A DNA stretch of 64,000 nt, taken from assembly GCA_037445065.1 (NCBI GenBank), contig JBBILD010000013.1, forward strand, positions 1-64,000, written 5' to 3'. The notes beneath the pieces were generated by a model. It ran no database searches. It had not been told where the DNA came from and saw only the letters and a list, made by a program, of their open reading frames with translations. Positions 27,074 to 39,103 of this stretch are shown here, one piece after another; position 1 is the stretch's first letter; every line of letters begins with the position of its first letter. This DNA comes from Myxococcales bacterium. GTDB lineage: Bacteria; Desulfobacterota; Binatia; HRBIN30. The position numbers and the translations under genes are program-made.

Positions 27074-27688
27074 TTACGCCGCTTCCCCGACGGAGACACT
27101 GCCACCGGAGCGCGGCGGGCGCAATGTCAGTGGGGTCATTTCCCCCGTGCGCTCGGGCAACACAACGTACCCAAAGAAAATTCCCACCGCGAACAAGAAC
27201 GGGATCCGCATCAAGCTGGGTGACAGCATGGCATCGCCCAGGTCGCCTAACAGGAAACTCGCCACCCCAATCAACGCCGCACCGATCCCGAGTAACACCA
27301 GGTTCTCGAGCTTGGCAGCCATGATCAAGACAAAGAAGAAAAACAAAAACGTTTCTTGGCTTGCACGCGTGAAGAGCAGCGCAATTGAGATCATCGCGGT
27401 GTCACCCACCAGCACGGGAGCCTGCGTGCGTGCATCGAAAAAGGAAAAGGGTGGGAACGACCCGAGTACTACGTTGGAGGCAAGGGCCGCCAAGATCAAC
27501 ACCGTCACGGCAAGCGGCGAGACATCCCGACCGAGCTCCAAAAACGCGAGCGAGCCGGTGGCCAGGATCAGCACGTAGCGGATCAACAAAAACCGCTGTT
27601 TTCGGGCAATTGCCTCGGCTTCCCTGCGAACCACGAGCAGCAATCCGAGCAACTCATGTGCCATGGCACCAGCCGTTCCGCCCGCCAT
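27074..27688 (-). CDS. Integral membrane protein (sensor-like TM bundle)
   Basis: About six hydrophobic segments; start uncertain. Confidence 0.6.
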   Translation of the reverse strand: MAGGTAGAMAHELLGLLLVVRREAEAIARKQRFLLIRYVLILATGSLAFLELGRDVSPLAVTVLILAALASNVVLGSFPPFSFFDARTQAPVLVGDTAMISIALLFTRASQETFLFFFFVLIMAAKLENLVLLGIGAALIGVASFLLGDLGDAMLSPSLMRIPFLFAVGIFFGYVVLPERTGEMTPLTLRPPRSGGSVSVGEAA

Positions 27689-27718
27689 GGCACAACCGCG
27701 CTTCGACCAAGCAATGTA

Positions 27719-27949
27719 CTATTTTTCGATCACAATGCGCCAAGCTCGTACCTGGGCAACAAACTCCGCGCTTACCACCAGATGCCCTTCCGCCTCCGCG
27801 GCACGCGGCAGGTCGCGAGCCCCTTTGGCATCGTCGAGCCACAGCACCAGGTGGGCGCCGCGATCCAGTTCTTCCAGACGCAGCTTGGCCTTGACCCAGC
27901 TCATCGGGCAGTGCACGCCGCGCAAATCGTACTCGCACACAGTTGGCAT
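27719..27949 (-). CDS. TusA/SirA-family sulfur carrier
   Basis: DLRGVHCPMSWVKAKLRLE...LDD...D.P...EGH. Confidence 0.85.
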   Translation of the reverse strand: MPTVCEYDLRGVHCPMSWVKAKLRLEELDRGAHLVLWLDDAKGARDLPRAAEAEGHLVVSAEFVAQVRAWRIVIEK

Positions 27950-28071
27950 CGCGTTGCTGTTGTTGGCCGAAGCCACCTTGCTATAGTCGCACCCGCGTTG
28001 TTTTGCGCGCATCGGGAGTCCCCTAGGGGTTGGACAGCGAGCGTATAGCCTGGCACGAGTAGCCCGCCAAC

Positions 28072-30066
28072 ATGGAGCGAACACACCAGTACGTTCTCCG
28101 CCGCCCGCAACTCGCCGCTGGCTCGTTCCGAATTGACTACGCAGCCGCCCTGAACTCGGCACAACTCGAAGCGGTGACGACGCTCGAAGGCCCGGTGCTC
28201 GTGGTCGCCGGTGCCGGAACCGGGAAAACGCGCACCCTAGTGTATCGGGTCGCACGGCTGGTGGAGAGCGGGGTGCCCCCAGGGGCGATTCTCTTGCTCA
28301 CCTTCACCCGGCGAGCCGCGCAAGAAATGTTGCGGCGGGCAGCGGCCTTGCTGGACGGGCGCTGCGAGGAAGTGCAAGGAGGAACCTTCCACTCCTTTGC
28401 CAACCTCTCCTTGCGCCGGTACGGAACGGCAATCGAGCTTGCCCCGAATTTCACCATCCTCGACCAGGGAGACATGGAGGATGTTCTGCAACTATTGCGT
28501 ACGCAGTTGGGGCTCGACCGGCGCGACCGCCGCTTTCCCCGCAAAGGCGTGCTCGCCGAAGTGCTGAGCATGAGCGTGAACAAGGGGCTCTCGATCCCCG
28601 AACTCCTGCAGCGAGATTATCCGCACTTGGTCGAATTCCGCGAGCCCATCACCGAACTTGCCCAGCGCTACCGCGCATACAAGCGCGAGCGCCATCTCGT
28701 GGACTACGACGACCTGCTGGTGTTGCTTTGCCAACTCCTAGCTGAACACGAAGACATCCGCGCCCGCTTGGCCGAGCGCCACCGGTACTTGATGGTGGAC
28801 GAGTACCAAGACACCAACGCCTTGCAGGCCGAGATCGTCTGGCAGCTCGGGCGCGAGCATCGCAACGTCATGGTGGTGGGCGACGATGCGCAAAGCATCT
28901 ACTCCTTCCGGGGCGCCAACGTGCGCAACATTCTCGAATTCCCCCGCCTCTTTCCGGAAGCGCGGGTGATTGCCATCGAGGAAAACTACCGCAGCACCCA
29001 GCCGATCTTGGATCTCGCCAACTGCATGATCGCGCGCGCTCGGGAAGGGTACGCAAAGCACCTGTTTTGCAAACGGCTCGCCGGGGAGCCGCCCTTCTTG
29101 GTTCCCGCTCCGAACGAGAACACGCAATCGCTGTTTGTCTGCCAGCGCATTCTCGAACTGCGCGAGGAAGGGTACGAGTTGGGCGATATCGCCGTGCTCT
29201 TCCGCTCGGCGTTCCATTCCTTCGACCTCGAACTCGAGTTGCAGCGCCATGACATCCCGTTCGTGAAGCGGGGCGGGTACCGCTTCATGGAAGCAGCGCA
29301 CATCAAGGACGTGCTCGCTCACTTGCGCCTGCTGGTGAACCCGTTCGATACCGTCTCCTGGCATCGGGTGCTGCTGCTGTTGCCGAGCGTGGGCCCGCGC
29401 ATCGCCCAGCAAATCGTCGAACACGCGGTTGCCGGGATGGACCCAGTGGCCCAGCTCCGCTCCTACCCGCGCCCTCCCGTGCGGGCACGCCTGGAGGGGC
29501 TGGCGAGTCTCCTCGAACGCTTGCCTGGGCTCGTACACCCGCAGGCGATGGTGGACGAAGTCCTCACATACTACGAGCCGCTTCTCGAGCAGCGCTACCC
29601 GGACGATTACCCCCGCCGGCGCAAGGACCTGGAGCAGTTCGTGGCCCTGGCCGCCAATGCCCGTTCCCTGGAAGGATTTCTCACCCGCATGGCACTCGAG
29701 CCGCCCAGTGACAGCGTCGCGGGTGTGCTGGCGGCGGAGAAAGACGAAGGCTGCCTCACGCTCTCGACGATCCACTCGGCCAAAGGGCTGGAATGGCGAG
29801 TGGTCTTTCTCATTTGGGCCGCCGAGGGGCGCTTTCCCTCTCCCTTCTCCCTGGATCCCGATTCGCTCGAAGAGGAGCGGCGGCTCATGTACGTGGCCAT
29901 CACCCGTGCCAAAGAACTCCTCTACATCACCTACCCCGTGGACGTGTTCGACCGCAGCCGTGGCGTGATCCTCGGTAAGGTGTCGCGCTTTCTCGAAGAC
30001 CTGCCACCTGAAGTGTTGCCGACGTTGCGGCTGATCCGCGAGGGCCAAGGCGGCTACCCTAGTTGA
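28072..30066 (+). CDS. UvrD/PcrA/Rep-family SF1 DNA helicase
   Basis: AGAGTGKT, TFTRRAA, DEYQD, VGDDAQSIYSFRGA, ENYRS, TIHSAKGLEW, EERRLMYVAITRA. Confidence 0.95.
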   Translation: MERTHQYVLRRPQLAAGSFRIDYAAALNSAQLEAVTTLEGPVLVVAGAGTGKTRTLVYRVARLVESGVPPGAILLLTFTRRAAQEMLRRAAALLDGRCEEVQGGTFHSFANLSLRRYGTAIELAPNFTILDQGDMEDVLQLLRTQLGLDRRDRRFPRKGVLAEVLSMSVNKGLSIPELLQRDYPHLVEFREPITELAQRYRAYKRERHLVDYDDLLVLLCQLLAEHEDIRARLAERHRYLMVDEYQDTNALQAEIVWQLGREHRNVMVVGDDAQSIYSFRGANVRNILEFPRLFPEARVIAIEENYRSTQPILDLANCMIARAREGYAKHLFCKRLAGEPPFLVPAPNENTQSLFVCQRILELREEGYELGDIAVLFRSAFHSFDLELELQRHDIPFVKRGGYRFMEAAHIKDVLAHLRLLVNPFDTVSWHRVLLLLPSVGPRIAQQIVEHAVAGMDPVAQLRSYPRPPVRARLEGLASLLERLPGLVHPQAMVDEVLTYYEPLLEQRYPDDYPRRRKDLEQFVALAANARSLEGFLTRMALEPPSDSVAGVLAAEKDEGCLTLSTIHSAKGLEWRVVFLIWAAEGRFPSPFSLDPDSLEEERRLMYVAITRAKELLYITYPVDVFDRSRGVILGKVSRFLEDLPPEVLPTLRLIREGQGGYPS

Positions 30067-30074
30067 ACCTCGCG

Positions 30075-31391
30075 ATGCGTTGGTGTCTCCGGCTCACGGC
30101 TGCCGCGGTCGCCCTCCTGCTGGCTTTTTGCGGCTCATCCTGCCGCCAGCGCACCACGCCTCCGAACCTACTTGTGATCGTCGGCGATGCGCTGCGCGCC
30201 GACGTACTCGGTGCCTACGGGTCGCCGCGGCAAGCAACTCCGACACTCGATCTCTTGGCCCAGCGCTCCCTCCGCTTCCGCCGCGCGTATGCCGTGAGCT
30301 CATGGACTCATCCCTCCGTTGCCGCGATGTTTTCGGGCCGCCCCCCTACCACCTTCCAACCCGGAGCCCCGCAGTTCCTGGCGGCCGACCATCCAACGCT
30401 CGCTGAGGTGTTGCGCAGGCGAGGTTACCGCACGGCTGCGTTTGTGGCCAATCCCATGATGGCTCCGGAACTCGGCTTCGGGCGCGGCTTCGAAGTCTAT
30501 CGGGGTTACGGCCCGTGGGTGAGCGGGCTCGCCCCTTTGGAAAGCAAGGCACCGGCAAGCACCGTCGTGGACGAGGCTCTCGCCTGGATCGCGCAGCAGG
30601 ACTCGGCGCGCCCTTGGTTCGCCTACATCCATTTCATGGATCCGCACTGGCCGTACGAACCGAGCGAGACCCACCTCGCCCGTTTCTGGAAAGGCAGCCT
30701 GCCCACACCCGAGGCCGTTGCGGCCATCAACCAGCAAGTCCGCGCGCGGCAGGCAAGCAGCCCACTGCTCGCTCTTGCCCGCGATCTCTATGTCGCCAGC
30801 GTGGCAGAGATGGACAGCGCCATCGCTCGCCTGCTCGCCGCGCTCGATCGCCAGGGGCTTACTTCGCGTACGGTGGTTTGTCTCACCTCGGACCACGGTG
30901 AGGAGTTCGGAGAACATGGAGGTGTGCTACATGCGCGCACCCTGTACGAGGAAGTCATCCATGTGCCTCTGCTCCTATTTCAGCCCGGGACTTCACCGCG
31001 CGAGGAAGACGCCCCAGCCTCAACCGTCCACCTCGCTCCCACTCTGCTTGCCGCCTTAGGACAAGACCCCTCCCCGTTCCCCGGTGCACCGTTGCAGCAG
31101 TCCGCTCACCAGGCGGCCCCTGCTGTGCGAGCCGAACTGTTCCCGTTCCCCCCGGCAATGCACCATTGGGCGGTGATCGAGCGCTTCGACAAACTCTTGC
31201 GCACGACAGGCGGAGAGTGGGAACTCTACGACCTCGCCAGTGATCCACGCGAGCGGCGCAACCGCGCGGCTCTCGCCCCGGCAGTGATCCAGCGCCTTGA
31301 AACCCTTGCCCGGCCGCCGGTTGCGACCCCGCAACCGATCGTGGACGAGGCGCAGCGCGAGCGCATGCGAGCCTTGGGTTATGATTTTTAA
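30075..31391 (+). CDS. Sulfatase-like hydrolase (lipoprotein)
   Basis: DALRAD, SSWTHPSVAAMFSG, DPHWPY, SDHGEEF.EHG, C-terminal RALGY. Confidence 0.85.
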   Translation: MRWCLRLTAAAVALLLAFCGSSCRQRTTPPNLLVIVGDALRADVLGAYGSPRQATPTLDLLAQRSLRFRRAYAVSSWTHPSVAAMFSGRPPTTFQPGAPQFLAADHPTLAEVLRRRGYRTAAFVANPMMAPELGFGRGFEVYRGYGPWVSGLAPLESKAPASTVVDEALAWIAQQDSARPWFAYIHFMDPHWPYEPSETHLARFWKGSLPTPEAVAAINQQVRARQASSPLLALARDLYVASVAEMDSAIARLLAALDRQGLTSRTVVCLTSDHGEEFGEHGGVLHARTLYEEVIHVPLLLFQPGTSPREEDAPASTVHLAPTLLAALGQDPSPFPGAPLQQSAHQAAPAVRAELFPFPPAMHHWAVIERFDKLLRTTGGEWELYDLASDPRERRNRAALAPAVIQRLETLARPPVATPQPIVDEAQRERMRALGYDF

Positions 31392-31416
31392 CAAGACCCC
31401 ATGCGAGCGTGCCGGT

Positions 31417-32829
31417 ATGTGGCGCCGGTACCGAGCCGTTCCCTATGCAGTCGTTCTAGGTCTCGGCACCGCCCTGAGTCTGGCCGGATGCCAGATGCGC
31501 GAAGCAAGGCCGGACATCGTTGTCTACGTCGTGGATACGTTGCGCGCCGATGCCCTCGGGGCCTACCGCGGTGAACGGGGGCGCACCCCTCATTTCGATC
31601 GCGTGGCCAGCGAAGGAGCTCTGTTCCAACGCGCCTACGCGAATTCCTCGTGGACCCGCCCGTCGGTCGCTTCGTTGCTGACCGGCCATCATCCCCAAAC
31701 CCACGGTGCGCGCGGGCGAATGGACCAGCTGCGCCCGGATTTACCGACCCTCGCCGAGCTTTTGCGGGCCAACGGCTACCGGACCGCAGCAGTCATCGCC
31801 AACCCGAACCTCGCTTCGGCCTTCGGCCTCGCGCGTGGTTTTGAACAGTACCTCGAGTTGTACGAGCCGGTGGATCGGGTGCGACCGATCGAACCGCAAG
31901 AACTCATCGCTTCCGCGGAGCGGGTCGTTGACCAGGCGTTGCGCTGGTGGCGCTCGGTGCAAGATGCACCGCGCTTCCTCTTCGTTTTTTCGGTCGACCC
32001 CCATGCTCCCTACACCCCTCCAGCACCGTACGATCGCAAATTCGATCCGGACTACCAAGGTGACTACGACGGGTCCTTCCGAAGCCTCTTTCGCCTTGCC
32101 GTCGCGGGGGCAGCTGCCGACCCACGCGACCTCCGCCACGTTCGCGCTTTGTACGACGGCGAGGTCGCGTACGCCGACGAGCACTTTGGCCGCCTGCTCG
32201 CTGAATTGGATGGGACTCCAATCAGCCGCGCGCCCCTTCTAGTGGTGACCTCCGACCACGGCGAGGAATTTCTCGAGCACGGCAAGCTCGACCACGGCCA
32301 GAGCCTCTATGAAGAGGTGGTCCGCATTCCTCTCCTGATTCGCTGGCCCGGCCGCATCCGCCCGCAAGAGGTCACGATCCCCGCCTCACTCGTGGACCTT
32401 TTCCCGACCATACTGGGATTTGCCGGAATCCCCTCGCCGCCTTGCGCAGGAAGAAACCTCGCTCTCCCCTTGCGGGCCCGGCAACTGCCACCAACCGCGC
32501 CCGTGCTTCTCGACCTCACCCTCACCCAGCCACCGTGGCAAGGTTTGGTCGAAGGCAACGCCAAGGTTCTCCAACACGGAACGCAGACGTGGTTCTTTGA
32601 CCTCGAACGGGACCCAAACGAACAGCACCCGTTGCAGCCGCCGCTCGAGATCACGCAGCGGTTTGTGCGGCTACTGGAACTCGCTTCCCGTTCCCAGGCC
32701 ACTCCGGGCGCAGCGGTCAGGCTCCCGCCCCACGCGCAAGAGGCGTTAAAAGCACTTGGCTATGAACAGCTTTTGCGCCATGAGGGCAGTCCCACCCCGC
32801 TGGCCGGGGACGAACGTGGAGATCCTTGA
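31417..32829 (+). CDS. Sulfatase-like hydrolase (lipoprotein)
   Basis: LAGC lipobox, DTLRAD, SSWTRPSVASLLTG, DPHAPY, SDHGEEF.EHG, KALGY; start approximate. Confidence 0.85.
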   Translation: MWRRYRAVPYAVVLGLGTALSLAGCQMREARPDIVVYVVDTLRADALGAYRGERGRTPHFDRVASEGALFQRAYANSSWTRPSVASLLTGHHPQTHGARGRMDQLRPDLPTLAELLRANGYRTAAVIANPNLASAFGLARGFEQYLELYEPVDRVRPIEPQELIASAERVVDQALRWWRSVQDAPRFLFVFSVDPHAPYTPPAPYDRKFDPDYQGDYDGSFRSLFRLAVAGAAADPRDLRHVRALYDGEVAYADEHFGRLLAELDGTPISRAPLLVVTSDHGEEFLEHGKLDHGQSLYEEVVRIPLLIRWPGRIRPQEVTIPASLVDLFPTILGFAGIPSPPCAGRNLALPLRARQLPPTAPVLLDLTLTQPPWQGLVEGNAKVLQHGTQTWFFDLERDPNEQHPLQPPLEITQRFVRLLELASRSQATPGAAVRLPPHAQEALKALGYEQLLRHEGSPTPLAGDERGDP

Positions 32830-32836
32830 GGGAGCG

Positions 32837-33040
32837 ATGGCAGAGTCGCAAAGGGGAGACGGTAGCGAGGCACGCCCGAACGCCGGGCTGGGTCGCCGAC
32901 TGCGTGCCTGGGCCGACGTCGCTGCACTGACCGAACGCTTGCAGCGCGGTGTGCCAGTGGAATGGATTGACCGCGCCTTGCTGGCGGGTCTCGCGCTGGT
33001 GGTGGCGATGCTGGTCTACGTGTTCGTGGTCGCCGGCTGA
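32837..33040 (+). CDS. Small membrane protein
   Basis: ATG after GAGGGAG; single C-terminal TM helix. Confidence 0.45.
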   Translation: MAESQRGDGSEARPNAGLGRRLRAWADVAALTERLQRGVPVEWIDRALLAGLALVVAMLVYVFVVAG

Positions 33041-34506
33041 GGAGCGGCCTGTGCGCCAAGCCCTGTTGCGCCTGCTGCGCCGTTCTTTTTGGCAATCACG
33101 AGCAGCGACATCCCCCATCGTGCCCGCCACCGGGTTTCCCACTCCAGCCACGGCACCAAAAGATCCGCCAAGCGCGCCTGGAGCCCGGGAACACTACGCC
33201 GGCCCAGAATGCGGCTGTTCACGAACCAGCCAACCGCCCCGATTCGATTGAGCCATTCGAGGTGCTCGACATGCAAACCCGCAGCGCGCACCTTCTCGAT
33301 CAACTCTGCCTCCTCATACCGGCGATGGTGGCCAATGGCTCGATCGATGCTGCCATACAGGAGGCGCAACGCCGGCACCAGCAACACGAGCCGGCCCTGC
33401 GGCGCCAGAAGTTCCTGAAGTCGCTGCAACGCGAGCTCGTCACAGTCCACGTGCTCGAGAACGTTGAGGCAGAGGATGGTATCGAAGTCGTTTCCGACCT
33501 CGGGCGGCGGCGGAGCCTCTAAATCAAAGCGCACGACCCGCACACGCGGGTCGCCTTTGAAGTTCCGTTGCAGAAGCTGCAGGTAAGGGGGACGGATGTC
33601 CGCAGCAACGATCTCGCGAGCGTGCCGGAGGAAGCGCGTCATCGTCCCGATTCCCGCCCCGACTTCGAGCACCTTGTGCCCAACGAACCGCGCGAACCTT
33701 TGGTAGAGCCAAGCCGTGTAGCGCTGGAGGCGGCGCATGCGGTGCAACGTCACCTCCCCAGCATCGCGCCCCCGGCGGTCTTCGACGAGGCCAAATCTGA
33801 GAATCGTCCACAGCGCCGCCACCCCATCGCGCCAATTGATTTTCTTGCCCTCGGCATAACTTCTCCCCGCGTACGAAATGGACACTTCGTAAATGCGTGC
33901 GCCAGAACGGGCTAGCTTTGCGGTTAGTTCCGGCTCGATGCCAAAGCGGTTCGAGCGCAAGGGCATGCCTTTCACCAGTTCGCTGCGGAAGACTTTGTAG
34001 CAAGTCTCCATGTCGGTGAGGTTGAGATTCGTGAACATGTTCGACAGCAAGGTGAGCAGGTGATTGCCGACGGCGTGCCAGAAAAACAGGACGCGGCGCG
34101 GAGAGCCCGTGAAGCGCGAGCCAAAGACCACGTCCGCGTGCCCGTCGAGAATCGGCTGCAGGAGCTTTGGGTACTCGTTGGGATCGTATTCCAAGTCGGC
34201 ATCCTGAATCAGAATCACATCGCCGGTGGCAAGCGCGATCCCGTCCCGTACCGCCGCGCCTTTGCCCCGGTTTTGCCGGCGAACGAACAAGCGCAACTCG
34301 TTGCACTGGCCCTGCGGGCCGATGCGCTGGAGGGGCAGCGCGCCCGGAAGCAGGCCGAACTCCGCGAGTTCCTCCGCGGTGCCGTCCGTCGAGCCGTCGT
34401 CGAACACCAGAATCTCCTTGTCGAACGGCGCCGCACAGACCCGCTGCAAGAGTTCACAAATGGTGGCCCGCTCGTTGAACACGGGAACGATGACCGTAAG
34501 CTTCAT
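33016..34506 (-). CDS. GT2 glycosyltransferase fused to class I SAM methyltransferase
   Basis: [31 protein letters not shown]; then [21 protein letters not shown]. Confidence 0.9.
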   Translation of the reverse strand: MKLTVIVPVFNERATICELLQRVCAAPFDKEILVFDDGSTDGTAEELAEFGLLPGALPLQRIGPQGQCNELRLFVRRQNRGKGAAVRDGIALATGDVILIQDADLEYDPNEYPKLLQPILDGHADVVFGSRFTGSPRRVLFFWHAVGNHLLTLLSNMFTNLNLTDMETCYKVFRSELVKGMPLRSNRFGIEPELTAKLARSGARIYEVSISYAGRSYAEGKKINWRDGVAALWTILRFGLVEDRRGRDAGEVTLHRMRRLQRYTAWLYQRFARFVGHKVLEVGAGIGTMTRFLRHAREIVAADIRPPYLQLLQRNFKGDPRVRVVRFDLEAPPPPEVGNDFDTILCLNVLEHVDCDELALQRLQELLAPQGRLVLLVPALRLLYGSIDRAIGHHRRYEEAELIEKVRAAGLHVEHLEWLNRIGAVGWFVNSRILGRRSVPGLQARLADLLVPWLEWETRWRARWGMSLLVIAKKNGAAGATGLGAQAAPQPATTNT

Positions 34507-34600
34507 CGGCCGCCTCGGCGTAGCGAGCGGCCGGCAACGATTCCAGAGCAGGCAACCGCCGCTTGACTTTGCGTTGGCGTTCCTTTCTGCAGGCCCGGCT

Positions 34601-35200
34601 ATGAGATGGCGCGCGCTCACCCTCGCTGCCGGGCTCGCCTTGGGAGCGACTAGCGGCTGCCAGCGTTGGCCTCCGGCACTCACAGGCCTCACGGTGGTCG
34701 CACTCGACGCACAAGGCCAACCAGACCTCACCCGCCTCTCGCGCACCCTGCTCGGCGCCCCGATTCCCGTGATCGTGGTGCGCCCCGGGCCGCGCCCGGA
34801 ACGCCCCGGGCTCGCCCTCAACGATCCACGCAACGGCCGGATTCATGTCACCCTAGCGCGCGGCACCCAGCATTTTTGCTTCTATGCGGCCGAGTGGGAC
34901 CGCGCAGAGCGCTACCTGGTGGGAGTGTTTCTCGATCGCCACCGGCACCCCGCCTTCGCGGCGGTGGTGGCAGGGAAAATTTGGGAGCAACAGGATCGAG
35001 CCCTCGCTCTCGACGGCCGCACGCTGCTACCGACCCTGCCGTACCCGTATTCCGACGGCCGTTTCCGGGTAACCGTGGACCGCATCGAGCTACCCATCCG
35101 CTCTCCAGCAATTGACCTCACCGGGCCCTGGAACATGCGCCCGGATCAGATTGCGGACTTGGTCGGACTCATCCGCCTCACCGTGAGCGCGCTCCGCTAA
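34601..35200 (+). CDS. Hypothetical lipoprotein
   Basis: [20 protein letters not shown] lipoprotein-like signal. Confidence 0.5.
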   Translation: MRWRALTLAAGLALGATSGCQRWPPALTGLTVVALDAQGQPDLTRLSRTLLGAPIPVIVVRPGPRPERPGLALNDPRNGRIHVTLARGTQHFCFYAAEWDRAERYLVGVFLDRHRHPAFAAVVAGKIWEQQDRALALDGRTLLPTLPYPYSDGRFRVTVDRIELPIRSPAIDLTGPWNMRPDQIADLVGLIRLTVSALR

Positions 35201-35383
35201 GGCACCGAGGTATGGGCAGACCACTCCTTACCCAGTGCGTACCGGGCGCACGTCTCCCATCACGGCACGCTGGCCCTGTTCCTCATGGCCGCTTGGCGTT
35301 TTTCGGACAAGCTCGCTATAAGGGCCGCCGTTTTGCAGCTCGGGAGCGTATGCGTGCCTCGACGAGCAGCAGCAATTTTTTGA

Positions 35384-36346
<963 letters not shown>

Positions 36347-36370
36347 ACACCGGCCGCGAGCGGAGGGAAC

Positions 36371-37546
36371 GTGAACGTCCACGAATACCAAGCAAAACAA
36401 GTTCTGGCCCGCTTCGGGGTGCGCGTCCCGCAAGGGCGCACAGCGAGCGACGCCGACGCAGCGGTGGAGGCAGCGCGAGCCATTGGTTTTCCCGTGGTCG
36501 CAAAAGCACAAATCCACGCAGGCGGCCGCGGCAAAGCCGGCGGCGTGAAGGTGTGCAAGGACGAAACCTCCCTGCGCACCTTTGTGAGTTCCCTTCTTGG
36601 CAAGCCTTTGGTGACCCACCAAACGGGGTCCGACGGCCGTGTCGTCCGCACGGTGCTTATCGAGCCGGCCTGTAACATTGCGCGCGAGTTTTACCTGGGC
36701 TTGGTGCTCGATCGCAGCCGCGGCTGGATCACTTTGATGGCCTCGGCGGAGGGCGGGGTGGAAATCGAAGAGGTCGCGGCGCGCTCTCCCGAAAAGATCC
36801 TGCGCGAGCCGATCGATCCTGCAGTGGGCGTGCAACCGTTCCAGGCGCGGAAAATCGCCTTTGGCCTCGGCCTGCCGAAGGACAAGGTGGCGTCCTTGGT
36901 GCAATTGGTGGACGGCCTCTACCGCGCCTATACGCAGACGGACGCTTCTCTGGTCGAGATCAATCCCTTGGTGCTCACCGCCGAGGGCGAGCTGCTCGTG
37001 CTCGACGCCAAAATGAGCTTTGACGACAACAGCCTCTTTCGCCACCCCGAAGTGCGCGAGCTGCGCGACGTGCACGAGGAGGATCCACGCGAAGTCGAAG
37101 CCTCGAAGTACGACCTCAACTACATCGCGCTCGAAGGGAACATCGGCTGCATGGTCAACGGGGCCGGCCTAGCCATGGCCACGATGGACATCATCAAGCT
37201 CTACGGGGGGTCTCCCGCCAACTTCCTCGACGTCGGAGGCGGGGCCACGAAGGAAAAGGTCACGGCGGCGTTCAAAATCCTTCTCTCCGATCCGAAAGTG
37301 CAGGCAGTCCTGATCAACATCTTTGGCGGGATCATGAAGTGCGACGTGATTGCTGAGGGGGTGGTCGCCGCGGCCCGTGAGGTCCAGTTGTCGGTACCGC
37401 TGGTGGTACGCCTAGAGGGAACCAACGTGGAGCTCGGCAAGAAAATCCTGGCGGAATCGGGGCTCGATATTATCCCCGCGGCCGACATGGCAGATGCCGG
37501 CCGCAAAGTCGTGGAGGTAGCCCAGCGCGCAGCCGGCTCGCGCTGA
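36371..37546 (+). CDS. sucC: Succinyl-CoA synthetase beta subunit
   Basis: [54 protein letters not shown]. Confidence 0.97.
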   Translation: MNVHEYQAKQVLARFGVRVPQGRTASDADAAVEAARAIGFPVVAKAQIHAGGRGKAGGVKVCKDETSLRTFVSSLLGKPLVTHQTGSDGRVVRTVLIEPACNIAREFYLGLVLDRSRGWITLMASAEGGVEIEEVAARSPEKILREPIDPAVGVQPFQARKIAFGLGLPKDKVASLVQLVDGLYRAYTQTDASLVEINPLVLTAEGELLVLDAKMSFDDNSLFRHPEVRELRDVHEEDPREVEASKYDLNYIALEGNIGCMVNGAGLAMATMDIIKLYGGSPANFLDVGGGATKEKVTAAFKILLSDPKVQAVLINIFGGIMKCDVIAEGVVAAAREVQLSVPLVVRLEGTNVELGKKILAESGLDIIPAADMADAGRKVVEVAQRAAGSR

Positions 37547-37839
37547 ACGAGGGGAGTCGGCGCGCCCAGCCGAGTCACCCCCGGCCACGAGGCCACAATT
37601 CAGCGCAGCGTTTTGTTCTCTGCCGCGGCCGTGACGCTGTGCGCACGGGCGCATGCGCCAGCGAAGCACTGCCCGGCTGCCACCCGTGCGCTCCCGCTTA
37701 CGAGCGGTACTTCCATGCGCCTCGCGGCCTGCACCGCGGGATCGCCAGGATGTGGCTTCGAGACGCTGCTCTGCAGATGGCGCGCAGCCCGTTGCTCGCG
37801 CACTTCTTTGCCGCCCGGGCCTACGCCCGTACCGCTAGA

Positions 37840-38580
37840 CTATAGGTCAACGCGGACCACAGCGTTTCCGGGGCCGCTATCCTGTGCCACCAAGCGGCCG
37901 TCGAGGTACAAACGCGCGCGCAAGAAACGGCTGTCCGCTGCTCGCACGATGGCAGCGACTGTGTCGCGCGGTTGCGCGAAAAAGAGAATGGCGGGCGTAC
38001 CCAACTCCGGCTCGTCCGTGGACGGCCGCCCGAGCAAGCGCGTGACCTCCGTGTCACCGATCGAGCCACTGAGCGCCACACCGAAGGTTCCGTTTCCGTG
38101 GAACACCGAACAGTCCGTCGCCCCAACCGTTGGCGCACACACATCTACGCGGGCCTCAGGCTCGGCCGGCACACCGGCAAGGCCCGGACTGCCCACCACG
38201 AACTCCTCGCCCACTCGGTCTATCACCGTGCTGCCCGGACCGCTCACCCCGGTGAGCCGGTAACGCACCAGGGCGGGGTTCGAATCCAACAAGCGCACGG
38301 TCATCGAAAAGGGTGCGGCTGCGTTTTCCACCAAGACGTTGACCGCCGCCACGGCCGTGATCGGCTGCCCTGCCAGCGAGCGGAACACCCGCCCGCCAGC
38401 GCGCACGTCTACGATCTCGAAGCGAATGGTTCCACCGAGCAAGGGCAGCACCTCGAAGCGAATCTCCGGCAGTTCCGGCGGGTTGCTGCCGGACTCGCCA
38501 CAGCCGCTCCATACGCTAGCACTGGCCAGCAACCAGGCTGCACCGATACCTGCCCACGCCACACGAGCCCAACGACGCAT
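37840..38580 (-). CDS. Hypothetical exported/lipoprotein
   Basis: Signal peptide ending WSGC; beta-rich body. Confidence 0.55.
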   Translation of the reverse strand: MRRWARVAWAGIGAAWLLASASVWSGCGESGSNPPELPEIRFEVLPLLGGTIRFEIVDVRAGGRVFRSLAGQPITAVAAVNVLVENAAAPFSMTVRLLDSNPALVRYRLTGVSGPGSTVIDRVGEEFVVGSPGLAGVPAEPEARVDVCAPTVGATDCSVFHGNGTFGVALSGSIGDTEVTRLLGRPSTDEPELGTPAILFFAQPRDTVAAIVRAADSRFLRARLYLDGRLVAQDSGPGNAVVRVDL

Positions 38581-38679
38581 TGCGCGCTCGTGTTCGCAGG
38601 GAAGCGCTCGCGGTGCAAGCGAGCGGCCTTCCGTTCCCGGCGTGCTTTCGCCCGCGGCTGGCGAAGCTAAGAAGCGTCC

Positions 38680-39048
38680 GTGACCCGAGAGCGGTTTGCC
38701 GAACTGGTCGAGGAAGCTTGGGCACAGCTCCCGCTCGAGGTGCTCGAGCGGCTGGAAAACGTGGTGCTGCTGATCGAGGACGAGCCTTCTCCGGAACTCC
38801 TCCGTTCTCTCGGATTTCATCCGCGCCACGATACCCTCTTTGGCTTGTTCCAAGGCGTACCGCTCAACCAGCGCGGCGCCTTTTTCGCCAACCATCCGCC
38901 CGACTCGATCGTCATCTTCTACCGTCCGCTCGTACGCGCCTTTCGCTCAGAGGAGCGGCTGCGGCGTGAGATTCGGAAAACGCTGGTGCACGAAGTCGGA
39001 CACTTTCTCGGTTTCAGCGAGGCAGAGATTCGCCGCCTGGGATACTGA
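38680..39048 (+). CDS. Minimal zincin metallopeptidase-family protein
   Basis: LFGLFQGVP, PD.I.IF.RP, TLVHEVGHFLG. Confidence 0.88.
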   Translation: MTRERFAELVEEAWAQLPLEVLERLENVVLLIEDEPSPELLRSLGFHPRHDTLFGLFQGVPLNQRGAFFANHPPDSIVIFYRPLVRAFRSEERLRREIRKTLVHEVGHFLGFSEAEIRRLGY

Positions 39049-39103
39049 AGACTTGAAAATTCCCCTTGACCGAGAGCCTGAATTCGGCGATCGTGTTGGC
39101 GCC

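Noticed and set aside
37201..37212. Short match (TACGGGGGG) between the mini-array spacer and sucC
   Set aside because: Only about 9 nt, mostly a G-run; expected by chance.
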